64,000 bases of DNA from Octopus sinensis (lineage: Eukaryota). The stretch lies in the NCBI RefSeq assembly GCF_006345805.1, contig NC_043010.1:30566001-30630000 (forward strand), in the 5' to 3' direction. Both the position numbers and the translations under genes were made by a program. Below, piece after piece: positions 35,200 through 47,743 of the stretch. The notes below the pieces were generated by a model, which saw only the letters and a list, made by a program, of their open reading frames with translations, did no database searches and was not told the DNA's origin. The stretch's first letter is position 1; every line of letters starts with the position of its first letter.

Positions 35200-37115
35200 G
35201 ATACGAGAATTTTTATTAACCAGCACAATTGTTTCGTCACATCTAGCATCGATTCCTCACGGGTTGGACACTTAACACTGGTTCAGGAGCATCCGCGGAA
35301 CAAATGTGTCTTATCGGGTAATAAATAGTTATATCTCGTTAAAATAACAGTTCTGCAATGTATCTTCTCATTCCGTAGAAAGAAAATCAGCAAAAAAAGG
35401 ATATATCTTCATTTCTATAGAAAAGCAAAAATAAAATCACAGATGCAAAAAAGAAACGAATATGCAATACAGCGAGAAAAGTATTTAAAATAACTGTAAA
35501 TAGATATGGATGTATAAATGACCTCGCGCAAGCTGCATTGTGCGTATACACCCGCTCATATAAGCATCCACGAAAATGTAAGCAACGCACACGTGTGTTT
35601 TGGTGTACACACGTTCACATAGCGAGTTAGATAGCTACTTGGTGTTTATAAGAATAGGGAGATTAAATGATCATACCTTAAAGTAAATTACGTTAACAGT
35701 TACTCAAATTCATTCCCACTGCATTGTGCGAAAGTACATTTATATGCATGTAGGCATCTTGAGAGTCTTTCAGAAATTCTATTAATGATCTTCCTCATCG
35801 GTCCACAGAATATACAGGGATTCCTCAGAGCAGAGTCGGCATCTCCTGAAAATGATAATCTATGGTATTGCATGCCTTACTAGGGACCAAGTTATATTAC
35901 ACTTAATTTTATCTTCCTTCAGTCGCCACACAAAATCGGTCAAAGCTGTTGAATGTCTCTTATTGAAGCTGGTGACATGGTTGCGATAACGATTCTTAAC
36001 TAAACCAGCCATCTACCCCATGTAAAAATACTCGTGTGCACGGTACATTTATGTACAAATTTTGTACTCATACAGAAGTACATCAATGGGCATTTCGATT
36101 TCTCTCTGCATGAGCATTTATCATATTTATTTGTATATATGGTAGTTCTGATTTCATTTTCCGATGTTGTTACCATGTTAGCTATATCAATATCATATTC
36201 ATTTCTACTATCACAATTTGGCCGTATTTGTTGTTTTCATTGTGCTTTACATCTTTGTTGGTACTCGTATTTAGACACGTACGTTTGCTAGATCCAGTAG
36301 GTGGGTTATTGAACTGTTGTCGCATTTTACTATTGTTTATGCAGTGCATATGCTGCTCTAAGTTAGCAGAGTTAGCGTAGGATACCTTCATGATGTGTCG
36401 ATTAAAAATGGCATAGTATCTATTAGATTTAGGAAAACATTTCTCCAAAACGGCAAAAAATTTTCTAGCGAACCAAAAATTAGGTTGAACAAGAGGACAT
36501 CATGATTCATATATCTGTTGTTTGGTTTATTTTATCTTGTGAGATGTACAGGATTGGGGAAATTTACTGTTAGGAATAGTTGGATTATTGTGTTGTGTGT
36601 GTCCATGAGTTTTCGCTGGTAGTTCATTGTTTTGACCAATTCTTCCTGGCCTGTATTCTCGATCTGAATGAGATCTCATATCGTAGCGTTGGGATGGTAT
36701 ACAGTGTGTATTATTATTGGAGGAACTGACAGTGATGTATATGCCTGCTTCTAGTATAAACTGAATTTTCTCACGGTACCCAGCCCTAGCTAAAGCAGCA
36801 TTATAATAAGTGGCGTGATTCGAAAATTTTATTATTAGCGAATAATCAAGAAATTCTTATTGAAATATGCTAAGCTAATCCCCGCATTATCGAGGGTGGA
36901 TGGCTGGATGCTACGTTAATGTAATTAATATAATCATTTGGCTTATGAAATGGTTCAAATAATCCAGTATCAAGACAGAAAGTAGCGTCAAGAAAATTTC
37001 CTCTACGATAATCCTTTCCCATAGTAATGTTTAGTCCTAAATTTAAAAAACAAAATCTAAAGAAATTTTTCCTATGCGTTTCTAACTGTACTTTACTACT
37101 TCTGTCCAGAAAGAA
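35200..37115 (-). mobile_element. Penelope-like element 3: RT thumb, linker, GIY-YIG and decayed HHR
   Basis: GNFLDATFCLDTGLFEPFHKPNDYINYINVASSHPPSI; CFPKSNRYYAIFNRHIMKVSYAN; SCREKSKCPL; KNRYRNHVTSFNKRHSTALTDFVWRLKEDKIKCNITWSLVRHAIP...RRCRLCSEESLYIL, in the collinear PLE order. Confidence 0.88.
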
Positions 37116-37125
37116 TATGTATATG

Positions 37126-37215
<90 letters not shown>

Positions 37216-37293
37216 TGTGAACATATTGCGAACACTTTAAATTATGTGTATATTGTAAACACTTCATTGAATTTTGAACACTTTGCCAGCTCA

Positions 37294-37483
37294 TTAACAG
37301 CCTATAAGTTCATTAACTTTCCATAGGGTCATCAACACTCCATCTAACCATTAACATCCCATCAGATAATTTTAACACTTCATCAGATAACTGTCAATCC
37401 ATAGGATCATTAACACTCCATAAATTCATTAACACCCTATCAGATAATTAAACACTTCATCCAATAGTAAACACTTCAACGTA
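37294..37483. repeat. Degenerate ~19-bp minisatellite, ~10 units
   Basis: Units such as ttaacactccataaattca, ttaacaccctatcagataa and ttaacacttcatcagataa. Confidence 0.75.
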
Positions 37484-37669
37484 TTAATTACTCCTTCATC
37501 TAATTTTGAAGTTTTCGTCGCGGAAAGTGCATTGTTGTTTACATCATTGTAGCTTCAGGGACAATGGCAGCGAACTCCAAGGTCATTCAAAATCGTTTTC
37601 TACTACTACTACTACTACTACTACTACTGTCACCACCACTACCACCATCACCACGGGCCCCTCCACCAC

Positions 37670-37700
<31 letters not shown>

Positions 37701-37721
37701 TAATAATAATAATAATAATAA

Positions 37722-37934
37722 TAATGGTATAAAATTTTGACACAAGGCCAGCAAGTTCAGGTTAGGGTGTAAGTCGATTACATCGACTCCAGTGCTCAAC
37801 CTATCTTACCGATCCCGAAGGGAGGAAATGCAAAGTCAACATCGGCGGAATTTGAACTATGAACGTAAAGACGGCCGAAATGCCGCTAAGCATTTTGTCC
37901 GGCGTGCAAACGATTCTGATAAATCACAATAATA

Positions 37935-37990
<56 letters not shown>

Positions 37991-38195
37991 GTTTCAAATT
38001 TTACCACAAAGGCAACAATTTTGGGTGAGGGGATGAGTCGATTACATTACTCCAGTGTTCAACTGGCACTTATTTTATCGACTCCGAAAGAATGAAAGGC
38101 AAAGTCGACTTCGGCAGAATTTGAACTATGAACGTTGTGACGGGCGAAATGCTGCTAAGAGTTTTACTCGGCGTGTTAACAATTCTGCCTTCTCG
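37722..38195 (-). mobile_element. Two type B SINE copies with (ATT)n tails
   Basis: 37722-37920 and 37987-38195, each followed on its own strand by (ATT)n. Confidence 0.8.
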
Positions 38196-38212
38196 ACAAC
38201 TTAATAATAATA

Positions 38213-38420
38213 AGATTCTGGTCAAACATATGGTCTCAGGAGAAACAACACGAAACTGAAACAGAGTGGTTAAAGGCACTCAAGAAGGAGAGTGGGGAGT
38301 ATGAGCAGGAGGATTTGAGAATAACCGAGGAGATGATTAGAGAAATTCCAAACTGGAAAGCGCCTGGCCCAGATGGGTTTCAGGGCTTTGGGTTTAAAAA
38401 CCTGACAGCTCTGCACAGGA
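38213..38420 (+). mobile_element. R4/Dong-clade LINE fragment, RT N-terminal region
   Basis: RFWSNIWSQEKQHETETEWLKALKKE..QEDLRITEEMIREIPNWKAPGPDGFQGF.FKNLTALH; preceded by a short (TAA)n. Confidence 0.75.
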
Positions 38421-38798
38421 GAAATGCTTTTTTGTCGAGTGAGACAAAGCCAAAAATGTCAGTGATTTTGACAAGAGCTATATCTTATGCCATGTCTTCA
38501 CTGACGCTATTATTGGTATCACCGTTGTCGCTACCATTAATTGCTTCTTATTGGGGCGGAGATTTTTTTTGTGCTTTTGCAGTTTGTTGCTATTGTGGAG
38601 ATGTCAGTGGCAATGCACGCTTCTCTACTGCTGGTAATTCTGCTGGATTCTTTGCATGGCATGTCATCATTCCTGCTGCTACTGTTGTTGTTGCTGTCGG
38701 TCGAAAGCTACAATAATATAAGGAAGCTCATTGTGACCAGTGGTGTAATTACAACATCCGATAGTCTGGTCGATACAGTGATATGTATACATATATGT

Positions 38799-38864
<66 letters not shown>

Positions 38865-39074
38865 CATCTGTATATATTTGTGTGCGTGTTGGTATGTGTG
38901 TGTGTGTGCGTCGGTGTGTGTGTATGAGTGTTTGTGTGCCGGTGTGTGCGTCGGTGTGTGTGTGTGTGTGTGACATACAAATAATAAATGATAGTTTTCC
39001 TGGTAAAGGAACATCTCTATCTAGAGTCAATCTAGAAACTCCACAAATCCAAGGTCACCTTGGACAATAAAAAC

Positions 39075-39430
39075 AAATGCTTCTCACACTGTCGGACACC
39101 TACCTGCACACGCATAATTAAAGCAGCTTCATTCCCTCTTGGCATTTTCGTAACCCTCACCCCACTCTTCAATACATTCACTTGAGGACATCATCTCTCT
39201 TTCTTCTCTAACCTTCCCTTTCAAGTAAAACTTTAAAAAGCCGATGCGGTCTCTACCAAAGTGGAAAATTTCTGTACTCAAACCTTTAAACCTCGTCCAC
39301 CAGATTTCACTATAGCCATCAGACAGAGGAAAACTGTCCTCCCTGTCCGAGTAAATTAGGTCGGCAAGGCAATTATTTCAATGCGTTCATATGGTAGCCA
39401 GATCCGTATGACATGCGACAGCAGTTACTG
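39075..39430 (-). mobile_element. L1/Tx1-like LINE 3' end remnant
   Basis: EIWWTRFKGL...FLKFYLKGKVREEREMMSSSECIEEW resembles recalled Tx1-type ORF2 C-termini. Confidence 0.45.
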
Positions 39431-39454
39431 GGCTAACTTCACAAATCAGCACTG

Positions 39455-40866
39455 TAATAGTAAAGAATCTTTAGCACGCTGAGTAAAATGCTTAGCGACA
39501 TTTCGTCAGTATTTACGTTCTGAGTTCAAATACCGTCGAGAACTTTGCTTTTCATTCTTTCGGGGTCAATAAAATAAGTATCAGTTGAGCATTCAGGTCG
39601 ATGTAATTGACGTATCCTCTTCCACGAAATTGCAGGTCTTGCGTCAAAATTTTGAAGCCAGTATCTCTGTCACTGCCTATGACGGCGAACTGACAGAATT
39701 GTAGCAGCTCTGAACAAAATGCGTAACGATGTTTCTTCTGGTACTTCTAAATTCAAACACCTCTAAGGTAAACTTTGCTTTTCGTTTCTCAGGGTTCATT
39801 AAAAATAAAGTGTCAGTCAATACTAGGGTCAATGTAATCTACTTCCTCCTCTCCTTTAAAATTTCAAGCCTTGCACAAAAAAATATTAGAAAGAACATTA
39901 TCAATGTTGCTTTGTTACGACTAGCAATACAAGTATTATTGCTACAACAATGCCATAACAACCAACATTTTGCTACAACCAGAAATCAAAACTCAGTATG
40001 GTTGTCTTTCCAAAACAATGAAATTGGATTGGGGATTATAGGACATGTCTGTTTCTTTCATCAATCCACAGTATTTATTTCAGTCTCATTCTAATTTTAT
40101 CGATCACATTTATTATATTTCTAATATACGTTTTTAACATAGCGGGCTGATATACTATCAGATCCAACTAAAAGATATTACACAACCCAAGGCTACAGTG
40201 AAATATAGTTGCTAAAACCCCATCTTGCAATATTTGTTCTGTACAGAGTAATAGACACCCCTTGTTACGTTCACCTTCAGAAATGCTGTGAAACAGCGAC
40301 TGGTCCATTGGAAACCTGTAGCCATAGGCACCATTGTTCACAAATTGCGGTATAATATAAATACATGAATAAATTTCTAAATAATCTAAATCGATTCATT
40401 AATGTTATTATTATCATAAAGGCAGTGAGCTGGCAGAATTGTTACCTCACCGGACAAAATGCTTAGCAATATTTCTTCCGGCTCATTACGTTCTGAGGTC
40501 AAATACCGCCGTGGTCATATTTGCTTTTCTTTCTTTCTTTCGGGGTGGATAAAACAAGTACCAGATGAACACTGGGATTGGTGTAATTGATTTCCACTTC
40601 CCCAAAAAACTTATGTCCTTGAGCCTAAATTAAAAAGAATTATTATGATGAACACAAGAAATAAGAAATGTTATCACGCCAGGCGAAATGCTTAGCAGCA
40701 TGTCATCCGTCGCTACGCCCTGAGTTCAAATTCCGCCGAGGTCGACTTTGCTTTTCATCTTTTCGGGGTCGATGAAAAAAGTACCAGTTGTACGCTGGGG
40801 TTGATGTGATCGACTTACACCCTTCTCTGTATTTTGCTGATCTTGTGCCAAAATTTGAAACCATTA
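39455..40866 (+). mobile_element. Cluster of four same-strand type B SINE copies
   Basis: ~39455-39660, 39680-39880, 40400-40650 and 40670-40866, each with aaaatgcttagc, gagttcaaat and gtcgatgtaat-like motifs. Confidence 0.8.
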
Positions 40867-41378
40867 TTAACACAAGAAATGCCAGGGAATGGTAAATCCT
40901 CGATGCTTATTAATCCAGACTAAATCACATGAGGTAAGATAGCTGAGACACTAAAAGATCTCTATTACTATTGATTATTTCGTGCAGCAATTTAGATTGT
41001 AATAAATTTTGGTTTAAAGACTTGACAGCTAGCAACCACCAGATTTCCAATCTATGCTGAATCAGCTTTAGATTTTATCTGGGAGGAGAGTTATTTTAAT
41101 TCTGCTGAGAGAAATATGAGATTACGAAAGGAAAATCAATATCCTCGGTCCGTATTGTACGTGTGTGTCTCTATATGTGCATGTGCATATATATGTGTGT
41201 ATATATATTACCAACATTTAGGTGGCGATTAACAGTACTTCTCAGTATAAATACGGCATTCTAATAGAGATTTTCTTAACGACTAATTTACTAGTTGCAG
41301 AACAAGCGGCTGTGTAATACTGGTTTCTATATATTACAAGCTGAGGGGAACTACTGCTTTGTCTACCAGACGGAAAGT

Positions 41379-41425
41379 CATTGCTGAGGATGACCAAGAT
41401 GAGGTCGAAATCACATGATTTGCTG
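41379..41425 (+). ncRNA. Hammerhead-like motif with weak stem I
   Basis: CTGAGGA (41384-41390)-T-GACC-aagatga-GGTC-GAAA-TC-acat-GA-TT. Confidence 0.45.
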
Positions 41426-41607
41426 TTCTCCTAGATTGAATGGTCGAGAGTTTCTATCTTCTTGCAATATATATTGAGTGCGAAGTGGGCTGAGTGACCA
41501 GCTGGGGGAGGCGTCCTCCTGCGTTGGAATAGCAGTGTCGTCTGTTCTTATAAAATACCCACGTTTAGCTGGCGATAAATATTATTTATATTACTTATAC
41601 ACACACT

Positions 41608-41647
<40 letters not shown>

Positions 41648-41648
<1 letters not shown>

Positions 41649-41730
41649 GAAATTTATAGAAAAACAAAACACAGAGACAGGTGTAGGAACAAACAAGTGT
41701 ATTAGTTTGACGCTCTTCAACAGAAAGGAA
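41648..41730 (-). mobile_element. Family E copy with internal deletion (CTGTTGA core retained)
   Basis: Minus strand ccttt-CTGTTGA-AGAGCG joined directly to tcaaactaatacac; the deletion lies between two gagcg repeats of the intact copies. Confidence 0.7.
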
Positions 41731-41779
41731 TAAGGGAAAATAAAGAGAGAATTAAAAAAGAGACATAAATACGACACAG

Positions 41780-42470
41780 TATGGATAAGTAGTCCCGGCT
41801 GCGTAGTTAAGAAGCTTGCTTTGCAACCACATTGCTTCGGATTCAGTTCCACCGCACAACTCCTTGAGCAAGTGTCCTCTAATATAGCCCCGGGCAATCT
41901 AATGCCCTTATAAGTCAATTTGGTGTATAGAAAGTATTTTCAAGTCCGTCATACGTGTGTATACTCTTTTACTCTTTTACTTGTTTCAGTCATTTGACTG
42001 CGTCCATGCTGGAGCACCGTCTTTATTCGAGCAAATCGACCCAAGGACTTATTTTTTGTAAGCCTAGTACTTATTCTATCGGTCTCTTTTGCCGAACCGC
42101 TAAGTTACGGGGACGTAAACACACCAGCATCAGTTGTCAAGCGATGTTGGGGGGACAACACAAACACACACACACACACACATATATACATATATACGAC
42201 GGGCTTCTTTCATTTTCAGTCTATCAAATCCACTCACAAGGCTTTGGTCGGCCCAAGGCTACAGTAGAAGACACTTGCCCGAAGTGCCACGCATCTTTCT
42301 GTCTGTATTTGTCCTCTATCACCGCTTAACAACCTCTGTTGGTTTGTTAACGCCTCCTCAAAAATATAGCAATTCGGCAAAAGGAACCGATACAATAAGT
42401 ACCAGATTTTAAAAAGCAACTACCGGTGTCGATTTGTTTGACTAAAACTTTTCAAGGCGATGTCCCAGCA
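41780..42470 (+). mobile_element. Type A SINE (+) interrupted by an antiparallel type A SINE
   Basis: Plus halves 41780-41950 and 42293-42470; minus copy 41960-42292 with truncated head. Confidence 0.75.
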
Positions 42471-42474
42471 GTAA

Positions 42475-42870
42475 AAAAAAATAAAAGACACCCTTAACCC
42501 CACTCTGAATTGCGACAACGCTCCTCTCTTCGAAGACAGTGATACTGAACAACGAAACAACAGGAATCTTGGGCGTAGAATTAATTGGCCATGGGTTTTT
42601 TGGTCTCAAACAAGGCTTAGATTGTAAATACATTTGTGTGGAATGGCGTGACGGGAACAGTCTGATCCCAATTATTGAAAGAGAATGTGAAAAGGTTCAC
42701 TAATTCATTCAGATGAGCGACCCGCTTATAATAATTTAAACGTTATAGGTTATCACCAGCTGCCAGTGTACCATTAACGACATTATGTGGATCCAGTGAC
42801 CGGAGCACACATTCAGGCCATTGAGTGCTCATGGTTGGATGCTAAAACTATGTTTCTGAAAGATAAGGTA
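42475..42870 (+). mobile_element. Merlin/IS1595-like transposase DDE-domain remnant
   Basis: Frameshifted RNLGRRINWPWVFGL..CVEWRDGNSLIPIIERECEKGSLIHSDERPAY.NLNVIGY...YH*RHYVDPVTGAHIQAIECSWLDAK. Confidence 0.8.
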
Positions 42871-42880
42871 GATAACCCAG

Positions 42881-44177
42881 TTTGACACCATTTGACAATT
42901 TTTCCCTCGTCGTACATGATAAACTATAGCTCCACACACCTCGCGGCACATATTGTACCAGTCAGTAATTGTATATTTAGATTTTCCTGTTAGAGTCACT
43001 GCTGTGGTCATGGGTATATCTATGACAAAGAAAAATATTAGTTCTAAAATCTCACTCAGGCTCAGCTTGCAGTTTAATTTGTTGTTTATGTCCGTATAAT
43101 GGGAAAATTGTTTTCCTTTATTAACTGAACATTTAAAATAGATAACTCTGACTATACTGTTAGACAACGTAGTAGACCGCATACTATGCTAGTACCGGGA
43201 CACACTCATTTAATTATTATGCATACATTTGTATAGTTAAGAAGCTTACTTTGCAATCACGTGGTCTCGGGTTCAGTTCTACTGCGCTGCATCATGGGCA
43301 AATAACTTCAACTATAACCTTACACGAACTAATGCTTTGTTAGTGAATATGGTAAACAGAAAGTCTGTGGAAGTCCGTACATGCGCGCGCACACACACAC
43401 GCACGCACACACACAAACACACACGCACATACATGTATGTATACATCCGTACATGCGCGCGCACACACACACGCACGCACACACACAAACACACACGCAC
43501 ATACATACACAAACACACACGCACATACATGTATGTATACATGTATACATACATGTATGTGCGTGTGTGTTTGTGTGTGTGCGTGCCTGTGTGTGTGCGC
43601 GCGCATGTACGGATGTATACATACATGTATGTGCGTGTGTTTGTGTGTGTGCGTGCGTGTTTGTGTGCGCGCGCATGTACGGACCTTCCACAGATTTTCT
43701 GTTTACCATATTCACTAACAAAGCATTAGTTCGTGTAAGGGTATTGTTGAAGTATTTGCCCATGATGCAGCCGACAGTAGAACTGAATCCGAGACCACGT
43801 GATTGCAAAGTAAGCTTAAACTATACAAAATGTATGCATAATAATTAAATGAGTGTGTCCCGGTACTAGCATAGTATGCGGTCTACTACGTTGGTCTAAC
43901 AGTATAGTCAGAGTTCTCTATTTTAAACGTTCAGTTAATAAAGGAAAACCATTTTCAATTATACGGACATAAACAACAAATTAAACTGCAAGCTGAGCCT
44001 GAGTGAGATTTTAGAACTAATATTTTTCTTTGTCATAGATATACCCATGACCACAGCAGTGACTCTAACAGGAAAATCTAAATATACAATTACTGACTGG
44101 TACAATATGTGCCGCGAGGTGTGTGGAGCTATAGTTTATCATGTACGACGAGGGAAAAATTGTCAAATGGTGTCAAA
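42881..44177. repeat. 1.3-kb spacerless palindrome (inverted duplication)
   Basis: Centre between 43541 and 43542; outer 220 bp identical (42881-43100 vs 43958-44177); each arm holds a Merlin N-terminal piece (LSLSEILELIFFFVIDIPMTTAVTLTGKSKYTITDWYNMCREVC), a type A SINE head and microsatellite. Confidence 0.92.
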
Positions 44178-45384
44178 TGGTGTGCCTTTGTGTTTATTGT
44201 CTCCACGGCTTGTCAACTGGTGTTGGTTTAATTCACCTCCCGTAAATTAGCAGTTTGGTGAAAGAGAACGATAGAAAAAGTACCCGACTTCAAAGAAATA
44301 AGTACTGGAGTCGATTTATTCGACTAATACCCTTCAGGACGGTGCCCCAGCATAGCCGCAGTCCACTGATTGAAACAAGTAAAACCAAGGATATTATGAC
44401 TCATACGTAACAGATACGACCGTAGTCACATGCATGTGTGCACCCATATAACGTGTGTCTACAAGTAGACACAGAGCACGGGGATGGCTGTGCGGTTAAG
44501 AAGTTTGCTTTAACTTCGTGGTTTCGAGTTCGATGTCATCGCACGGCACTTTGGTCAAGTGTCTTCCACCATAGCCTAGGACCAACCAAATTTTGTACGT
44601 GAAATTTGGGAGACAGAAGCTGTGTGGGAAGACTGTCGAAGGGACTATTTACAGTTTAGGTGGTAAAGTTAATGTGTCACTCAGTTTAATACCACTAAAT
44701 GGGTTCTCTTGGCAGAATACACATTGTTTCAAAAGCTTGGGTTATTTCTTTGATCCGAAGATAACTTAGTCCCTTTCTGCCACCAATTAAGAGAATCTTG
44801 AGAAAGATCATGGGCACGGCCATGATCGTCGCTTAACGTCCACTTCATCAACATCATTGTTTAATGGCCACTTTTCTATGTGCGTATGGATCTGACGAAA
44901 TTTGTTGAGACGGATTTTTCAACGACCAGACTATAGTGTTTACAAAGGGAACTTCATTCAGGATACAGCCATGCCTGTAAAGGCGTGATCAACTCAACTT
45001 CAGTTTTTCTAACATTGACAGATAGAAGTGTATCAAATAGCATACAACATGAATTCTTGACTTACAGGATGTGTCACAATTGCCAAATAGCAGTTAAGAC
45101 CAGGCACCAGTCGAGAAAGGGAAATAATCTCAAGGTTCAAGAATTTTTACAAAATTGACATGCGTATTGTCTGGTGGTAAGAGGCCATCTTGGACATTTC
45201 TTCCCGGCTCAATAACCGTCCTGAGCACGACAATTGACTGACTTTACCCCCAGCAGCTAAAGGACATAGACTTATACACAAAATGAGTAAAAAAACATTT
45301 ATGGTTCAAGTTTTTCTACTTTAGCTTCATCTGTTATCCCTTCACAATCATATATTTCACACATACACACCCACACACAAAGAA

Positions 45385-45418
45385 TATGACGAGGATGATA
45401 ATGATGATGATGATGATA

Positions 45419-45480
<62 letters not shown>
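45385..45480. repeat. (GAT)n microsatellite
   Basis: Read directly. Confidence 0.95.
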
Positions 45481-45682
45481 AGCGAATTGATCAATCAATT
45501 ATTTATGACAATTATTTCTCAAATTTCTGTCTTCTGTTCTCTTCTTTTTCTTAAACAGATCGTGTTTTGTTTTCCAACTTGTCATGTTTTCAACTTTCGT
45601 TTTTCATGTTCAGGCAATTCGTAACCTATGATCTTAACCTTTCATCTGAATACTTTTGATTTGTCTCGCAACGAGAATATGC

Positions 45683-45934
45683 GTACATACATACATACAT
45701 ACATACAACGTACGTACGTACATACATACATACATACATACATACATACATACATACATACGTACGTACATACATACATACGTACATACATACGTACATA
45801 TATACATACATACATACATACATACATACATACATACATACATACATACATACATACATACATACATACATACATACATACATACGTACGTACGTACCTA
45901 CCTACCTACATACATACATACATACATACATACA

Positions 45935-45965
<31 letters not shown>

Positions 45966-45980
45966 GTACGTACATACATA
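45683..45980. repeat. (CATA)n/(CGTA)n microsatellite
   Basis: Read directly; one of many such arrays (others at 10795-10865, 21475-21720, 53215-53370 and 54647-54770). Confidence 0.95.
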
Positions 45981-46286
45981 CTACCACTATATCTAGGTCA
46001 TTTTATCTATCGACCTCTATCTGTCTCATCGCCCTTTTCTCTCTCTCTCTCTCTCTCTCTCTTGTGCGTGTGTATGCGTGTGTGTGGACATATATATGTG
46101 CGTGTGTATGTGTGCGTGTATGTATGTATATATATATGTCCCAGGGGCGATATTGTCCGAACCCTCGTCGCCACTGATATGTCCCATGATGACGATGTAC
46201 CTTTGCCGACCGACTTTACTGACTGTGTCACTCCACTATTTATTAGTAGTGGACCAGCCCACTTCTCGCCTGGGGACGTCCGCTAC

Positions 46287-46320
<34 letters not shown>

Positions 46321-47228
46321 AATGAGTGTGTTATAAAACTATTCTGCACGTACAATAACAGGTATACCAACAATCCAACATACCTCCATCATCAGCTGCC
46401 CCACGGATATTATTATGGTTTCGACACTGGGCAGTACCATTCAATCTGGCACTAAAATATGTGTTGTTTGGGAATAAACATACCTTAGATATCACCACAT
46501 TCGTTCAATCTTAATTCTAGGAAGGATTAAACGCTAATATTATTAATTAAATTTCAACAAAGAAATAGATTTACCCTATGAAGAAAAACAGTATCATTAA
46601 ATAAATTCATTAAGTAAACCTATAACTAACTCCTAAATTTTCTAAATAGCGACCATATAATATATATATATATATATATGTGCGTGTGTGTGTGTGTATA
46701 GAGAGAGATCAAAAACTCCGGTCGAGAAATTCCTTATACTGATCGGTCAGTTTCAGTTAATTCCATCGCCTTATCAGTTCGATTCGACTGATTCCGGACT
46801 TAATTCTCTGTCAGTTCTTTAACTACAGGATTAGAGCTTTTTAGCTCTTATTTATGATAATGTTGGTGTTCTAATACCTTAATTATATTTAGTGACATTG
46901 ATACGTATATGTGTATGTTTATGTGTGTTTATGTGTGTGTGTGTATGTGTATGTATATATATGTGTGTGTATATGCATGTATATATATATATATTGTTTG
47001 TATGTATGTATGTATGTATGTATGTATGTATGTATGTATGTATGTATGTACGTATGTATGTATGCATGCGTATATGTACACGCCAGAAAGTGAGCGAAGC
47101 AGTGAAGGAAAATATACAAACTTTACACAACATACAAATTATACAAAATATACAAATTTTAATGTTCTGAGAGGTATTTGTACCTGTGAAGGCTTTTCAA
47201 TGCAGTCTGTCGTAGGGGGGAGGTATAG

Positions 47229-47293
<65 letters not shown>

Positions 47294-47702
47294 CGTATAC
47301 ATATGCATAACTAAAATAAATTTGATAAATTTGATGAGGTGAAGTATCAGATCTAACTCTTCAACTGTTCGCCATATTTTATTCTGTCGTTCTTGACGTA
47401 GCATTTCGTGATCTCTCCGATAAATCATACTCTAGTTTCGGAGATTTCCAACGGCAAGTATCCAAGGTGAAAGACAAATCAAAGTTTCGACCTGTGTATA
47501 AGATATTCCTCTCGAAGGTAACTGTGCTCTTCTAACTCGTAGCCCTTTTCTATAAAATGTAGCATTATTGTAAGCAGATTTTTGAAAGCTACGAATGTGA
47601 ATTCCTCAAAACCCCCCACTGTAAACGTGTGCTGTGTTACGCCTTCAAAGTATGTTGGGGCCTCTCTGCCTCTGTGTATGTATGTGTGTGTGTGTGTGTG
47701 TA

Positions 47703-47743
<41 letters not shown>

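Noticed and set aside
46137-46278. Small block with imperfect inverted ends between (TA)n tracts
   Set aside because: The terminal match is short and gapped; single copy in the window.
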